Below are positions 62,331-64,000 of a DNA stretch of 64,000 nucleotides, one piece after another. The position numbers and the translations under genes were made by a program. Location of the stretch: the IMG/VR virus record IMGVR_UViG_3300024259_000012, one strand, 5' to 3'. This DNA is from a virus. How positions within the stretch are numbered: the first letter of the stretch is position 1; each line of letters opens with the position of its first letter. Under the pieces are notes generated by a model. That model did no database searches. It saw only the letters and a list, made by a program, of their open reading frames with translations, and was not told the DNA's origin.

Positions 62331-62815
62331 TATTTGCTCCTAACGCGCTCTATGTTTAAATTTGATTTTCTTATTCTGTGGCATGTACAGTTGAATGACC
62401 AATTCTTGTCTGGGTCACCTGCCAATAATTGATTTTCATTTATTGCATTGATTTCAAAATATGCTGAGTTCCACTCAAATATATCACCCAAGTTTGGGAC
62501 AATAACCAAGTCAATCAAATTCTGTCGTAATATAAAAAACTGTACATTCTGATTTTCATCGGCTCCGAATTCTTCATTGTTTCAGTCGAAGTCGTCCGCT
62601 TCAATGATACATGCTAATTGTACCCCAGAATTGTAAACTCTACCCTCTATAGATTCGCCGTACATATTCACTTTAGTATCAGTGACTGATATCGTATATC
62701 ATATGGCAGTCTGATTGATGAACCCGTCTCTATTTTTAGTGGGTTCGCCTAACAGTTCACCATTCATTGTTTCAAATAAATTCATGTCTCGGGTTGATAC
62801 AAAGCGTCCTGGCAT
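62330..62815 (-). CDS. Neck/head-closure-like protein (gp14-like), 2 in-frame TGA
   Basis: [10 protein letters not shown]...NMYGES...[16 protein letters not shown]; TGA at 62699 and 62582. Confidence 0.7.
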
Positions 62816-63444
62816 TATTTATTCTTCTTTATATACTCTTGTACGTGGGCGACCAATCGCTTAGCAAAGGCTGGAGTGTACAGTTTGCCCAATGCTTTCA
62901 TGGTTTCTTTTTTATTAGGATTCCAATAATGTTCACTACGATAGCCCTTGTTTTGTATTGGGCCTCCCTCTAATGAGTATCCTTTATCGTCAGTGGTCAT
63001 CAAATGACCATTTTCATCAAATTCGTGGTCAGCTTCTGAAAGTCTGGCGGAATATCCAGTACGAACCGTTACCACAGCATTTCCATCTCTGTTAGATTTC
63101 AAAGACCCAATAACTACACCAAAGGATTCTCCGGTTTTATTATTTCGACCTTTAACGGCGGCTTCAGTTAATCCCTCTTTGAATGATTTTTTATCTACTG
63201 CGGATGTCAATGCATCTCGCATTTTATCTAATTCCGTTCCCTCAGCACTTGCAAGCTTCTTTTCACCTGGCGTTTTGGCTTTCGTGTATTTAGAATAATT
63301 TGCCTTTTTCAATTTTTCATTTTGAGTTTGAAGTGCTCTTAATTTTTTCAATGGAAGTTTAGACAATTTAGAAACATTGGCATCCATTTCATTCAATCTC
63401 TGAATTTCTTCCCTAATCATATCTCTTAATTCTGATTTTTTCAC
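62815..63444 (-). CDS. MKKSEL-leader protein
   Basis: GTG start, [19 protein letters not shown]. Confidence 0.65.
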   Translation of the reverse strand: MKKSELRDMIREEIQRLNEMDANVSKLSKLPLKKLRALQTQNEKLKKANYSKYTKAKTPGEKKLASAEGTELDKMRDALTSAVDKKSFKEGLTEAAVKGRNNKTGESFGVVIGSLKSNRDGNAVVTVRTGYSARLSEADHEFDENGHLMTTDDKGYSLEGGPIQNKGYRSEHYWNPNKKETMKALGKLYTPAFAKRLVAHVQEYIKKNK

Positions 63445-63453
63445 AGTGGTCTC

Positions 63454-64000
63454 CTATCCAATAAACACGTACAAGGGAACGCCTTTAAGCTTCTCTTGAA
63501 GGTTGTCGGCTTCCTCTTTATCGTTTTCCATTAATGTTTTGCGACTGACCGCTTCAAGGGTCTCACGCAATTCTGTAATTAGTTGTTCCTTGTCTGCTAT
63601 TGCCTCAGCACGCAATGTTTCACCATCCAAATTAACTTCAGCATTTGGTATTGGGAGTGATTGGTATTTGCTACGAACCATGCCCAACATTTCTTTAACA
63701 AGTGCCAATCCATATTTTCGTATCCACTGCCTTCCAACTGAATTGATTTCAGCGTATGTCATATTATTATATGGTACGTTGGAATAGTCTGAGATTACAT
63801 TTGGGTCGCTTCCCGATGCCTGTGCCGTTGGGCTTCTATCGCTCTTAACGATATACTGAAAAAATACGTTAAATTTGTAGGTAGGTATTGGGAACAATTT
63901 TATTTTGTTGTTGATTATTTCAAAATGATATCCACTTTTTCGGATAGTGTCATTGAACTCAATGGCTTGAATTCTAAGTAAATCTGCATAGATAGGCATC
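63454..64000 (-). CDS. Neck protein (gp13-like), partial
   Basis: WIRKYGLALVKEMLGMVRSKY..PIPNAEVNLDG...PLYVFIG. Confidence 0.8.
   Translation of the reverse strand, partial: MPIYADLLRIQAIEFNDTIRKSGYHFEIINNKIKLFPIPTYKFNVFFQYIVKSDRSPTAQASGSDPNVISDYSNVPYNNMTYAEINSVGRQWIRKYGLALVKEMLGMVRSKYQSLPIPNAEVNLDGETLRAEAIADKEQLITELRETLEAVSRKTLMENDKEEADNLQEKLKGVPLYVFIG

Noticed and set aside
3842-62815. TGA as selenocysteine or glycine
   Set aside because: Sites are not Cys-like catalytic positions and fit Trp contexts (LWKP, DWISTG, YWG, IEWDE)
1-64000. tRNA (including a UCA suppressor), rRNA, release factor gene or CRISPR array
   Set aside because: No cloverleaf, GGQ-type release factor or regularly spaced repeat-spacer array seen by eye; tRNAscan/ARAGORN on the full genome is still needed

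Overview
64 kb of a large, AT-rich tailed-phage genome (T4-like/jumbo myovirus gene content); essentially all real genes are on the minus strand. Reading in transcription direction (right to left): neck and tail-completion genes, tail sheath, a small early-type island, tail tube, chaperone, tape measure and baseplate genes (~64-43.5 kb); a PolA-like gene; an accessory operon with sigma70-like promoters (~41.2-35.3 kb); replication/recombination genes (SSB, RecA/UvsX, 5'-3' exonuclease, DinG-like and DnaB-like helicases, class II RNR, PolB, clamp loader, ClpP-like, PD-(D/E)XK nuclease; ~35-17.5 kb); and a ~17 kb sugar-modification/glycosyltransferase island. Main observation: TGA is read as Trp. 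By manual translation I count 35 in-frame TGA codons in 21 genes, many at positions where the family has Trp, so many ORFs in the supplied code-11 track are fragments of single genes. TGA use is strongly patterned: it is the first Trp codon in 16 of the 21 genes; it is absent from PolB, RNR and DnaB (30 Trp, all TGG); and in the early-type operons it occurs only at apparent gene ends. This fits a timed genetic-code switch gating SSB, recombinase, nucleases, holin and key virion proteins. No tRNA or release factor gene was seen in the window. Other highlights: a probable ATT start for PolB, a U7 frameshift in the tail chaperone, a recurrent MKKSELRxMIxEE leader, a small portal-like fragment protein, and a minimal class II aaRS-like gene on an apparently leaderless transcript. 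All product calls come from motif recognition by eye; no database searches were run.
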